64,000 nucleotides of DNA from the human T2T-CHM13v2.0 reference genome, Homo sapiens. Where the stretch lies: the NCBI RefSeq assembly GCF_009914755.1, contig NC_060928.1; one strand, written 5' to 3'. This document shows positions 1 to 12,052 of this stretch, in pieces (positions within the stretch are counted from its first letter, which is position 1; each line of letters starts with the position of its first letter). Both the position numbers and the translations under genes were made by a program. The notes beneath the pieces are model-generated. The model made no database searches and had not been told where the DNA came from. It was given only the letters and a program-made list of their open reading frames with translations.

Positions 1-197
1 CCAGGATTTATTATTCATCAATAAAATATATTATTTGCTAATTCATGCCCCAAAATAATTATTCATGTCTTTAAAATTTTCAAAGTAATAACCATAATAT
101 GCAGAAAGTTGATTCAGAGTTCAGTAAGATTTTTTAAATGCCTACCATATATGTCTCTGACAAGAGGCTCCTCATACCTTATTACTAATTTGACATA

Positions 198-683
198 CAT
201 TTTATATACAAATAGTTTTACACTAGATTTTTAGAGCTCCAATGAGATGCTTTTGCTTTTTTTAAACAGTCTATGTTGCCATTTCAAATTGGCACATTTT
301 TTCACCTAATAGAGATTCCTAACAAGTAATATTTATCTCTGAATATGTCATTACTTCAAATATTACTCTCTCTTATATTAAGGTAACAGTACGCAATGTT
401 GTACAAATGCTTTTTATGTACAAGTACTTTGACACTAGATTTTATGTACAAAGGCTGTATTTTATGTACAAATACTTTTACGCATTTTATGTACAAATAT
501 TTTAACACTAATTTTTTAGAGCTCTATGGAGATACTTTTGCTTTTTCTAAATATTGCATATTGCCATTTCAATCTGGCACATATTTTCACCTAATACAGA
601 TTTTTAAGAAGTAATAGTCTTCTAAATTGTCTCTGATAGTTCTTACTTCAAATATTACTTTCTTTCATATTAAGGTAACATTA
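198..683 (+). repeat. Diverged ~195-bp direct duplication (198-391 / 483-683) with a TTTTATGTACAA-repeat spacer
   Basis: Both copies share ttttagagctc, ttgccatttcaa, ttcacctaata, ttacttcaaatattact and atattaaggtaaca. Exact TTTTATGTACAA occurs at 412, 440, 460 and 485. Confidence 0.9.
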
Positions 684-699
684 TTACAACGATTATTAA

Positions 700-890
700 T
701 GTAGGGCTAAGAGTAAAACAGCTTGAATTTTCCTCTAGGCTCTGCCATTTCTATTCCTTTCTGTACCTTAATTTCCTCATCTGTAAAGATAGCCATTCTA
801 CCAACCTCACTGGGATGTTGTGAGGATTTAGAGTTAATTCCTTGTAGAGTACTTAGAACAGTATATGGCAAATAATAAGTGCTCAGTAAA
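700..890 (+). mobile_element. MIR SINE relic
   Basis: ttcctcatctgtaaa core, gttgtgaggatt, and cttagaacagt...aataagtgctcagtaaa 3' end. Confidence 0.75.
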
Positions 891-1284
891 AATTAGTGTT
901 TCATACCCACATTTCAGAATTAAAACTTTATTATCAGAAAATAAATGTTTTGCTTTATATTATTTTAAAGTAGATGTTACTCAAATTCTCTTAAAGAAGG
1001 GTAAAAGCCCCAAATTTGAGCAAAATATGTGATTCATCCTGTAAATTAGCATCTTTTGAAAACTAAGTTAACTTGTTAAAAGCTATTGTTATTTATTGGG
1101 AGAATGTAAAAAATAAAACTCAGCTACTAATAATAGCTTCCACTTCTCGAACACCTTTTATATTACTGGGACTTTGTCAAGGATCTTATATTATATCTTG
1201 ATTAATCTTTCCATTAGCATTATATAACTGATATTTTCATTTCCATTTTGCAGATGAGGAAACCAAGGATTAGATAATACAGTT

Positions 1285-1630
1285 TGATGGGGTTTAAGAC
1301 ATGTTAGCCCAAAAATATGGCACCTTGACATTGGAGACTATAGCAGAAGCAGGAAGGTCATTCTCACCTTCCCCTCAAATTTGGTCCTAAAATCCAGGAA
1401 GGATTTTTCTGACCTTCCCTTGAAGTGGGTCATAAGACCCTCATTCTAGAGTGGCTTCCATATTCCCAGAAGAAAGCAAAATCCTATCTCTGAAGAAACA
1501 GGATACAGAGGAGAATCTGAACCAACTGGCCCTGCTAAGTTCTCCCCAGTTTATTTCCATTAGATCACACTCCATTTTTCCAATCACACTCCATGCTGCC
1601 TCTTCATCAAACCTAGCATATAAACTCAAC
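1285..1630 (+). mobile_element. ERV1-class LTR, MER34/MER39-like, 3'-truncated
   Basis: Starts TGATGGGG and contains cccaaaaatatggcaccttg and gcagaagcaggaaggtcattctcaccttcccc, typical of the MER34/39 group. Confidence 0.7.
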
Positions 1631-3085
1631 TTGACATGACTACCAGAAATAGCTGGAAAGAGAAAGAAAGAATACGACAATTACAATTGCAAGTAATATG
1701 ACAATATGAGGTCTTCAATGAACAGACAGGATAGTCTCAAACTCCTCAGTAAGTTTTATATTTTATTACTTTCATGAACATGAATGAACAACACATAACA
1801 CAGCACAGTGCCTTGCACAAACATTCAAGAGGTGCCTAGACAGACTAACAGGACCTTTCAATGCATTCAATTCCAACATTTGTTAATTGCCCCTAAGCAT
1901 AGTAACTGAAAGGAATAGTAAGATAATAAATGAGTTCTCACCACAGAGAGCTTGCAATGCATTCACTCACTCACTCTACACATATTTATTTACATCCTTA
2001 CATGTTGAAGGTAATGGGAACCAAACATGAATGAGTCAAGAATCATGCATTGAAGAAACTCACAGTATTTCAGAAGAATTTAGGACACATATACACAAGC
2101 AATTAGAATAGAAAATAGAAAAAGTATTTCCTAAGAACACAGAGGAAACAGTGTTTGAGAGATTAAAGATGGGTACATGGAAAAATTGATTATCATTCTT
2201 CAGCCTGCACAGTGAGATATACATTTTGTATACGTTATATGCTTCAAATGTTTTTAAATAAATATAATACATGGGTAGAATTTATAAATGTAGAGATAAG
2301 AAAAAAAGCTGGTTGGTAATTATAAACAGACAAACAGCATAAGCACAACAATCTGACAGTCAACTCCAAAATATGGAATTACTTGGCCCTTTTTTAGCAC
2401 TCTTTTCTTTGCCTCTCCTATGTCCACACCAGAACTGCAATTTCTAGATTGCAGTACAATGGTGAATGGGGATCATAATCTTCCTGCTAGCTGACCTTCA
2501 TTTTTTGAATCCTGCTTCCTTTTCCAAGTCCATTGATGAGGTGAATGAAGTCCAAGAATGGCTACGTTTTCAGAATTTACATGGGTATTTTAAGAAAACC
2601 TCATTCCAAAACCCAAATATGTCCCTGCTTTATCTTTATGAGACTACATATTTCAACAGGACACAGTGTTCATGAAGTCATTCTATTATTAAATACATGT
2701 GTTCTATGTTATGCTGAAATTGATAACCCACTACATCACCTCCCAAAGAAGGTTGTGTAAACTTGTCACAAAAAAGAGAATTATTTCTGTAATTTTTCCA
2801 TTGAGAAAACCAAGGCTGAGAAAGGTTGTATAACTTATCATATTGGTAATAAATAGAATAAAGATTCAAAAAAAAAAAAAAGAGGTTCTAAAACTGCACT
2901 GCATATTTGGATGCAATTTTGGTTTACGGTTTTAATTCAGGAAACAATATCAAGACAATAGGAAGGATGTTTAAAACCTACCCACATATACTTACTTATT
3001 TGTCACTTTGTTTGTTTCTAGGCACTAACTCTGCTTCCTTACAACATTTCAAGTACCTCCCAATACCATTGCTCTATTATCCAAA

Positions 3086-3404
3086 TAGAGGGTTGGCAAA
3101 TTGCTTCTGTAAAGGACCAGTACATGTTTTAGGCTTTGCAGGTTATACAATCTTTACCACAATTACTCAACTCTGCTGGCATAGCACAAAAGCAGTCATA
3201 GGCAATATGGAAATTAGTGTGGCTATATTCCAATAAAACTTATGTATGGACATTAAAATTTAAATTTCATGTAATTTTCACAAGTAACAATATTATTCTT
3301 CTTGTAACTTTTATCAACCATTTATAAACATAAAAATCGTTCCAAGTATACAGGCCTTACAAGAACAGGTGGTGGGCCAGATTTGGCCCATTTGCTTACC
3401 TCTG
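3086..3404 (+). mobile_element. MER58B-like hAT-Charlie DNA transposon
   Basis: ggttggcaaa..ttctgtaaagg, ttttaggctttgcagg, actcaactctgc, ccaataaaactt, ggtgggccagatttggccc. Confidence 0.8.
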
Positions 3405-4289
3405 TCCTAAATCATAACCACGATTCTTAGAAAATTCTTTTTTCCAAAAGCATAAGAGCAGATTTTTTTAAGTGTTTACCTACTTTTCTTGCTTTTTTTC
3501 TTGCAAAAGGAAGTTACATAGGAGCTTGACACTTCTTAGTAATAAAATTTACTTTTCAGAGCACCTTATATCAGTGATGCAAGGTGAAAAACTTAACCCT
3601 TTCGATTCGACATGTAGCTTGGCACCAGACTCACTAACTGCCTAAGTTAGTTAACTGGATTAACTAAATTAGACAGCTTCCCCAGTACAGTGTTTTTTGT
3701 CTTCTAGCTTTGTGATAACTCATTCGACTTTGAAATATCTTAGTAGCTGGATTGGCTAAATGTTCTGACTCACAAAATATTTTAGTTTTTAGTAAGTATC
3801 TGTTCAAAGATTCTTCCCAACTGCAGTCTTCTCCTCAATAACAGTCATATTAAATATGCCCTAGTGCTTATACGTGATTGCCTCTGTTTTTCTGGCTGTT
3901 TTGTTTTGTTTTTACTGCTAAAAGATTTGATCAGCTAACTCAGTCTCTTACTGAGACTTAATGTCATATAATATAGATGCTTCAATATTATACTTATTTT
4001 AATTTTCCTATTGTGCTCTTTTCAAAACACTCATAGATCTATAGTTTCTTTTTAAGCTCTAATAGAAATTTCTATTCTTGTCCATGACACTGGGATGAAA
4101 TTTGAGATACTAATTTCCATGCACAGAACCAACATTAATGTTCTAATTTGTAACATAAATTCAATTCTTGCCAATAATTTGCATATTTCAGAGAGATAAC
4201 ATACAGACAGATATAGATACACATATAGAAAGATAAAGGCATTTACACATATATGGCAAGGGGATATACACAAAGAGAGATAGAGAATG

Positions 4290-4505
4290 ACTAGAGTTCA
4301 CAGAGTACAGCTAGACTTCCTGAGTTCAAATCCCAGCTCTGCTTCTTCCTATCTCTGATCTTTAACAAGTTATCTAACAAGTCTGTCTCTGTTTCTTCCT
4401 GTGAAATGGAGACAGTAATGGACATGCACGTCATAGGATTGCTGCGAGAATGAAGTGATTAAAGAATGCTTACTAGTATAGCATACATTCAATAAGTGTT
4501 GGTTA
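4290..4505 (+). mobile_element. MIR SINE relic
   Basis: cctgagttcaaatcccagctctgc, aagttatctaac, cataggattgctgcgagaat. Confidence 0.8.
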
Positions 4506-6234
4506 TTATTATGATGCACCAGCTACCTGCATTTGTATTTGACTGATTTACAGTGACCAGATCTCAACTTATACTAGCTTGAGGATTTATTTGTTACCCC
4601 AAATGGCAAGTCCAAGGATTCAGGCGATCCTATTTTCTGGAGGCTCAATCAGTGGGGCCAAGGGCTCCAGCTGTCCTGGGTTTTCCATCAGGCTCCCACC
4701 ATGGCATGGATAAAATGGTAAGTGGCAACCCCAGATCCCTATACAACTGAGCAATACCTGTTTTTTCCATGTACTCTGGCAGAAAGTAGCCAAGGAGAAC
4801 ACTGGCCCAGTGCAAAGCATATGCCAATCTATGTTGGATAGAGAAGGGGAGATGAGTCAACCCCACCTAATGTATTCACAACCAAGAAGATGAGAAAAGA
4901 GATCCTGGGTAGACAGGAACAACAGATAAGCACCGTTATTCACAATTCTCTTTATAGACATTACCCTTTGTTTATTCTGCAGGTGAGCCAGTTTGGCCTT
5001 GTCTCTGTTGCAAAATCCACAGGTCCTGATGTTTCAGTTCATCACCTTCTATAACCACCAAAGCGGTAGTAACAGAAGTAATACCTTTTTTCCATACTTG
5101 ATCTCCATTTTATAATAAAAGCACCCTGACAATCTCAGGTTAGTAAAATGCAATAGTTGAAATACACTCAGTGCTGCACTTTTTACATGTCGCTATCCCC
5201 TAGGGGTATTTCAAAAGAAGACCAGACTAGCCCAGTAATTAAATGCCCCCAAGCATACGTGGTAAAGCCATGTTATGGCAGATGTACTTTTAACATCACA
5301 CAAGGATGTCTAGCAGCACCTAGTGAAAAAAAACACACATTTTCTTGTTTCAACTCTACCACTTATTTTAGAAACTAGACAAATCAAGCACTAAGTTTCT
5401 ATATTTCTGAAATAAAGTCTGAAATATCCACTTAACCAATTACGCAGGAATATTGTGAGGGGATTAAATGAAATATCACACGCAGAAGTACTTCATATGT
5501 GTAACGAAAATACTTAGCAATATTATCTGTAATAATTAAATTGTTTTTTGTTTCCTAATCCTTCTCTTAATCACAAAAATGATTTCTTTCTTTAGTCTCA
5601 GGTTTCTTTTGTGCTCTTAGAATAGCTGTCACTTGACACCCTGTTGTCATCCCTTACACAAAATATTTCACCTTTTTTTATCTTTTCTGACACTACATTT
5701 ACTCACTTTCTCTGCAATTTTTATGCTCATCTCTATGTTCTCTCTTTCCCTGTCTCATTTCCTTCTTTGTCTCTCTTTGCTCAGTTTTATTTTTTTAATT
5801 GGTCATTATCCCTTCACTAGCAACAAAAGCCCGCCTTTCCTTTTTCCTGTGTGGCAGAACCATTGCAACACGCTGGTTGGAATGTTCAGATCTTGACTTC
5901 ATCTTGGCTATTTGACTGTATTCTGTCAATTCAGAATCACTGCAGAGGAGCTTCTGAGTCTGGCACCATTCTGAAGGTTTAACATTGTGGGAAGTCTCAC
6001 TCCAGATAATTAAAAAGGTTGAACTTCTCAGCAGCTCAGATATTTGAGTAGCCTCTCAAGTTCCACTTAATGAATTAATTCTCTGTGCTTCTTGAAAAAT
6101 AAACCACTCACCCTGAAAAGCCCATGGCACCACCTGCCTTCAGCACAAGGATTCAACATATGTGGGTGTTTGGGAGGACTGTTTTAGACTGACCTTGGAA
6201 CTGGAAATAAGAGGCAGCAGCTGAAAGCAGACAG

Positions 6235-6395
6235 AACACACAGCTTCATAATCAGGCAGTGCTGAGGTCAAATTCTGGCTCCGTCGCTCACCCAGCTGTG
6301 TGACCTCCAGCAAGTTATTTAGGTGTTCTGAGTGTCAGATGACTAATTCATAAAATGGACACATTAACACCTTTCTCATGGAAATTTATGAAGAC
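6235..6395 (+). mobile_element. MIR SINE relic
   Basis: tcaaattctggctccgtcgctcacccagctgtgtgacc..gcaagttattta core. Confidence 0.7.
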
Positions 6396-6438
6396 AAAAA
6401 GCACTCAACAAGCAGAATCCATCATCATTCTCATTAGC

Positions 6439-6602
6439 ATTTTTGTTATTTAAAAAATCTAAACATTGCTCTAAAATATCCATAAAGGCCTAATTCTTTC
6501 AACAGATGTTCTTGATCATGATTTTTGTTATTTAAAAAATCTAAACGTTGCTCTAAAATATCCCTAAGGGCCTAATTCTCTCAAGAGAGGTTCTTGATCA
6601 TC
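6439..6602 (+). repeat. Head-to-tail tandem duplication, 2 x 82 bp
   Basis: Units 6439-6520 and 6521-6602 align without gaps and differ at 7 positions. Confidence 0.95.
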
Positions 6603-6853
6603 ACCGCAGGTAAACATTATGGGTTAGATTTCAGATGGCACCCACCTCGGGAGCACGATTATTGAACTCAATCCTTAAATTATTTCTGGAGAATATGAGT
6701 ATAATCCAGAACATGCAATCAGGTTGTGGCTGGGAAAATATGTTCACTCTGGTAGCAAGTATCACAGGGTGCTAAGAATACATGTGGGTTCTAAAAATGA
6801 ATGGGACCTAAGGAGATACTGCCACAAGAGAAAAGGGTTACTTTGTGATATAC

Positions 6854-6858
<5 letters not shown>

Positions 6859-6896
<38 letters not shown>
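6859..6896 (+). repeat. (TG)19 microsatellite
   Basis: Read directly from the sequence. Confidence 0.98.
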
Positions 6897-6901
<5 letters not shown>

Positions 6902-7755
6902 CTCTAAAAAATACATTGTGAAATAGGTGATTGGCACATTCCAAACCTTAGTTGTATTTTTACCAGCTGTTGGAATCATTCCTTCTAAGAGAAACAAAAT
7001 AAAAGGAATCACTCCGTCTACCTGCCGGTCTCAGTTCATTTGCAATGAAAATATTCATTTCTAATGAATGCAATATTTTATGACATAGAACAGGATTAAT
7101 TCTGTTGTGCAATCCTGAGACTTTACTCTGTATTCTAATCCACTCTATTCTTTTAGCTGTGCAAAAAGAATAGGAGAGTGCTTATGGCAATATCAATTAT
7201 GCACATCTTGAAAGGGGGCATTATAAAGAGAGAACATTAAGGTGAACCACTGTGTTAGCACGTAATTCCTGTGATAAGTGGCTTTTTTTCTAATCTAATG
7301 GCATCTCTTTCTATTATAAGAGTGGATCTTTGCAATCTGCAAATCAGTCTGGACATCAGAGAAGAAAGTCACCTAAAAACAAAACAATTATTGAAATTTT
7401 GCCTCATAGAGACTGATCAGCAGCAAAAATCAGCTCTAATCAGTGTATGCTCACATCGTCCCAGCAGAAAAAAATCAATCCAAAATATTGATCATCATGT
7501 TTTATTTTGCTGTCAGAGACAACTAGTCCCAGATACGACAGTACTTATACAAAATGATGGCAATAATTACCTGAATTTATATCCAATTTAGATCATTATT
7601 AAAATTATTTTAACAATATAAAGAAAGAATACTAGATGTGAAAATTCTAAGGGAGTAGATGCTGCTCTTCAATAATCTTTATGCACAGCAAAAGAATTCA
7701 GTAATTCCCAAGTTGATAATACTAAATTAATTACATATTATCAAATGTTGATAAA

Positions 7756-7790
7756 TGTGTGTGTGTCTGTGTGTCTGTGTGTGTGTGTGT
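7756..7790 (+). repeat. Interrupted (TG)n microsatellite
   Basis: Read directly; TC interruptions. Confidence 0.9.
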
Positions 7791-8266
7791 TCCTATTCAC
7801 TACACAAATAAGACTTAGGCCTTCAGGGCATAAGTAATGTAAATGTAACTATAATGGCAAAGCTTATTTGCTAAAAAAGAAAAATGGGCCTAGAACTTAC
7901 ATATGCTGAATTCCATCCAGTATTCCTACAACACATTTCAACTGGTGAAAATAGTAAGTCCAAGACAGAGTAACTGAAACAGAGTTATTTTGTGAGATAA
8001 ACAGCAAAATCTACAAACCTCAAATAACTTTAAAAGCTAAATTAAAAAAAAAATTTAAGGACATTATAGAGATCTTTATATTTGGTGCTGTTTAGGACAT
8101 ATAAAATAATATCATCCCGACCACCAATAATACAGATGAAAGCTATCAGTCAGGGTCCTCATACTTCAGCAACTGAGAGACACTAATGAAAAATGTATGT
8201 TTTATTGGTTACTAACCTGGGTGACACAGTGGCCTTGTTGTAGAGCCCTACAAATATTCAAATCAA

Positions 8267-8580
8267 TGCTATGATTTGAATATTTGTCGCCTCCAAAACT
8301 CATGTTGAAACTTAATTCCTGGGTTAATGGTTTAATGGGTTTTAATGGCATGGGACCAGTGGCTTCATAAGAAGAGGAAGAGAGAACTAAGCTAACATGC
8401 TCAGCCCCTCACCGTGTGATGCCCTGTGTCACCTCGGGACTCTACAGAGAGTCCCTACCAGCAAGAAGTCCCTTCAACCTTGGACTTTTCAACCTCCATA
8501 ACTGTAAGAAATAAATTCCTTTTCTTTATAAACTGCCCAGTTTCAAGTATTTTGTTATGAACCACAGAAAACAAAAAAAG
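8267..8580 (+). mobile_element. MST-family MaLR solo LTR with internal deletions
   Basis: tgctatgatttgaatatttgtc, ctccaaaactcatgttgaaacttaat, gccctgtgtcacctcgggactct, ctgtaagaaataaattccttttctttataaa. Confidence 0.8.
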
Positions 8581-9204
8581 CTCATTTAATTTCAATTACA
8601 TGATTTTTTTTCAGTTTTAAACTTTTATTGTAGTACAAAATAAGATTTTTTACATCAGTTTGATCCCGATAAGATCATCTTGAAACTGGAGATGGTCCCA
8701 TTCACCTCAGCTCACTGACTCCACGCTCAGGCTTGCTGTGGAGCTCATGCCTTTTAACCCAAACACTACATATTCCCTCATTAACCGTGCACTCAACATT
8801 TGTGCAAGATTCAAAACTGATTGTTAGGCATGCATAAATAAAGCAGACAAAGTCTCTAATCATCATAAAGCTTAGAGTCTTGCGGGGCAGACTAACACAG
8901 AACATAATGACATAGGAAAAAAAACACTAAAAGCACTGTGAAAGAACACGATAACCTAGCTGTGGTAAAGGGAGGAGTAACACTCAAGTTTCTAAAACAA
9001 TGTCAAGAAAACTGAAATAAGGTTGAAATATGCTGATATTTTTAACTTTCGATCCCACCCTGCTGCAGACAGAAGAGAGCCACAGGCATTAGTGCAGGGA
9101 GGGAGGAGAGGAGAGGGGTTAAGCTAGGGTTGAGAGTCCCTCAGGAAGGCATTCAAATCCCACTTACACAGATGAGAAAACCAAGGCTCAGAAAGGCTTT
9201 CTGA

Positions 9205-9510
9205 AAATCCAACACTGCATGTTCTCATTCATAAGGGGGAGCTAAATAATGTATACAGGGGAGCTAAATAAGGGAGAGCTAAATAATGTGGATGTAGAGT
9301 GTGGAACAATCACACTAGAGACTAAGAAGGGTTGGAGGTTGGAAGGGGTTGAGGGATGAGAAATTACTTAATGGGTACAATGTACATTATGCAAGTGATG
9401 GTCACTCTAAAAGCCCAGACTTCCCCTAAAGCAATAGATCCATGAAGCCAAACTGCACTTTACCCCTTAATTTTATGCAAGTGTTTAAAAATTAAAATGA
9501 AAAAAATACA
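9205..9510 (+). mobile_element. Old L1 (L1MA-type) 3' end
   Basis: actgcatgttctcattcata, gagaaattacttaatgggtacaatgtacattat, ctaaaagcccagacttc, aactgcactttacccc, A-rich tail. Confidence 0.8.
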
Positions 9511-9914
9511 AACACGGGCTTGTGTGATTCCATAGCACATAGCTTTATCCCAAGGTAAGGGGGCACACCTTAAGACAGCCCCCACTTTGGTGAAGGCTGC
9601 TAGTTTCTGGGAAGCTAGCAAAACATTTCTCCAACCAAATTGCGGAAAAGCTATATATACCACGTACACTAATAATAAAAAATTGCCAACATGAATCTCC
9701 AAGCTTTAGTTTTTTAAATTGTCAGATGGGTGCATAGGTGAAGGAGACAAGAAACACTGGCCAGGGGAGACTCTCAAGATACTGGAACCCTCGTCTCAGT
9801 TCTGTCTTAATAAAATTTTTGCTTTTGAGTTAATTGTTTCATGCCTATATGCTGTCTATGGTACCCTCTTAGTATAAGAAGTCTAGACATAAAAAACCTC
9901 TACAATTCAATTAA

Positions 9915-9938
9915 TGTGTGTGTGTGTGTGTGTGTGTG
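9915..9938 (+). repeat. (TG)12 microsatellite
   Basis: Read directly from the sequence. Confidence 0.98.
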
Positions 9939-11914
9939 TTCACAGATTATAGAGATTCACAGCTGACAAAAAATAACTTCTGGGAGATAATTTTCTAGTG
10001 GGAAAGAAACATCAACAATTCATTACAAACCAATAAGGTCACTGTCAAGATAAGTGTGTGGGGACCTCCAAGGAAGCTCTCTATTTTACTAAAGTCCAGA
10101 GAGTCTGTCCCGGGAAGGCTTCCAGACTGCAGCTCATTGGTTTATTCAGCCAGTGTGTACTGAATGCTTTTTATAAGCTTTGTCCTCATTGAGGTTCTGG
10201 AAATAAATATTGTCAATAAAGCATGGCCCCTGCCTTCCATGAGGCAACTCACAATCTCTGCTAAACCCCAGGGAAAGGGTGGTTCAGCTACTTTTTAGGA
10301 AGAATTCTGGAAGAACTGAGAATGTTTACCTCTTCTAACAGTCTTCTCTCATTCACGTTTAATTTAATTAGAAATGGTCTAAATTGAACTTCGGCAGAGC
10401 AAAGCAACAAAACAACCTGAGAAACTCTATTTGTTAATAGGGTAGATTTAAGTCGATGTTCTCTAACACAGTAAACATAAGCTTAAATGTTCCCTAATTA
10501 GAGATAGTGTGAACCCAGCAGAGAATACCAAGTCCTATGGGGTGAGCCCACAGAGTCACATGTGCTCAGAGTCACATCAGTAACTCAGCATCATACATGA
10601 CACATTCAAACTCACTCTGCATGCAACTGGTCTGTAGATTTATTTTTATTTACTGATTTTCTGCATTTTCTATTCATATTTTTAAGTAGAATTCTAACAG
10701 TTTTACTGTAGACTTTTGCCTTACCTCAGTTGGTACACAATTCCAAAATTCACCTATCTCACTAAAACAGTGAAGAACCATGATTTCCTTACTGTTACAA
10801 TTCCCCACAAAAAACAAAAATGAATCAGGTCATTGTTACTTAAGTGATAAGTACCTTAGAGAAAGCTTTTTAACATACAATCACAGATCCCTTGTTGAAG
10901 AACACTTTTGCTAACAGTTTTGCCTTGCTGAATTAGGAAAAAACATTCTTTCAAGGACAGTAGTAAGATTGACCAGGTTTCTTTGTACTCTCCATATTTG
11001 AAGAAATTGAGCCAGTTCAGTCCAAGTCACTTAAATCCTGAGTCTTGATTGCCTAATTTGTAAAACTGTTCAGCTTCCTGCCAGACTCATAGGGTTGTAG
11101 TGGGGAGTTCAGTAACATAAGGCAGCATTTGGAAAGTTGTAAGAAAAAACAAAAATGATTATGAAGTCACTTTAAAATATAGGGCTCTAATATTTTACTG
11201 TCAATCACTTTCAAAGCAGTGGGACATTGTAGGCAAAACACCGGTCTGGGAAATGAAAGACCCAGGAGAACTAAGTTTTCATCTGGGTTTATCAGTGGCT
11301 GATTGACCTTTGAATAAGTCATATAATATTTTCTGAGCTTGTTTCTTCCTACTTATTAGAGAAACTGACTATATTATTTTTAAGTCCCTTTTCATTTATA
11401 GAAATCAGTGTTTCCATGATCATTTGTTAATTCAATTAACATTTTCTGAGCACCCTCATGACCCAATCACTTCCTAAAACCTCACTTCCTATCACATTAC
11501 TTATTAGGGTTCAACACATGAATTGGAAGGATACAACAGAAACATTCAGATCATGCAAAAGTTACACATCAGAATCTGACCAGAATCAAGAAAACATTAT
11601 TAATCCACCAGGCCATAAACATAGGGGAATATCTGAGAAAAGCTATCTGTCTAGGGTATCCATAAGAAAACAAGGTTAAGCATGAAGATAACAAACCTTC
11701 AAGGTAAGAACTAGCTGGGCTGCCACAGGCAAGTCACTTAACCTCCCTGGACCTCAGTTTATTCATCTGTCAAATAAAGAGTTTGGGGTCATGTGCCATC
11801 CATGGTCCTTTGAATAGCATCTAATGTTGTCATTAAGTGCTGCTCTGTGCAAGGCCTTGAGACGATAGAAGAACCATATGACCCGGGAATGGTAATAAGT
11901 TCAGTGATCACACA

Positions 11915-12052
11915 GCCTAGGTTGCTCAGGGCAGTGTCTATTTATGCCTGTTGTCCTCAGTAACTGTTCATAGCCCCAATAGCACTCTGTCTTCCCAAGT
12001 TTCACTCTCCAAAGTGTTCCAGTTTGAGTGCCCACATATAACCATCACCCTA
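11915..12052. mobile_element. hAT-Blackjack (MER94/MER81-like) relic
   Basis: ttatgcctgttgtcc, aaagtgttccagtttg, and a terminal tcacccta resembling the Blackjack terminal inverted repeat. Confidence 0.5.
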
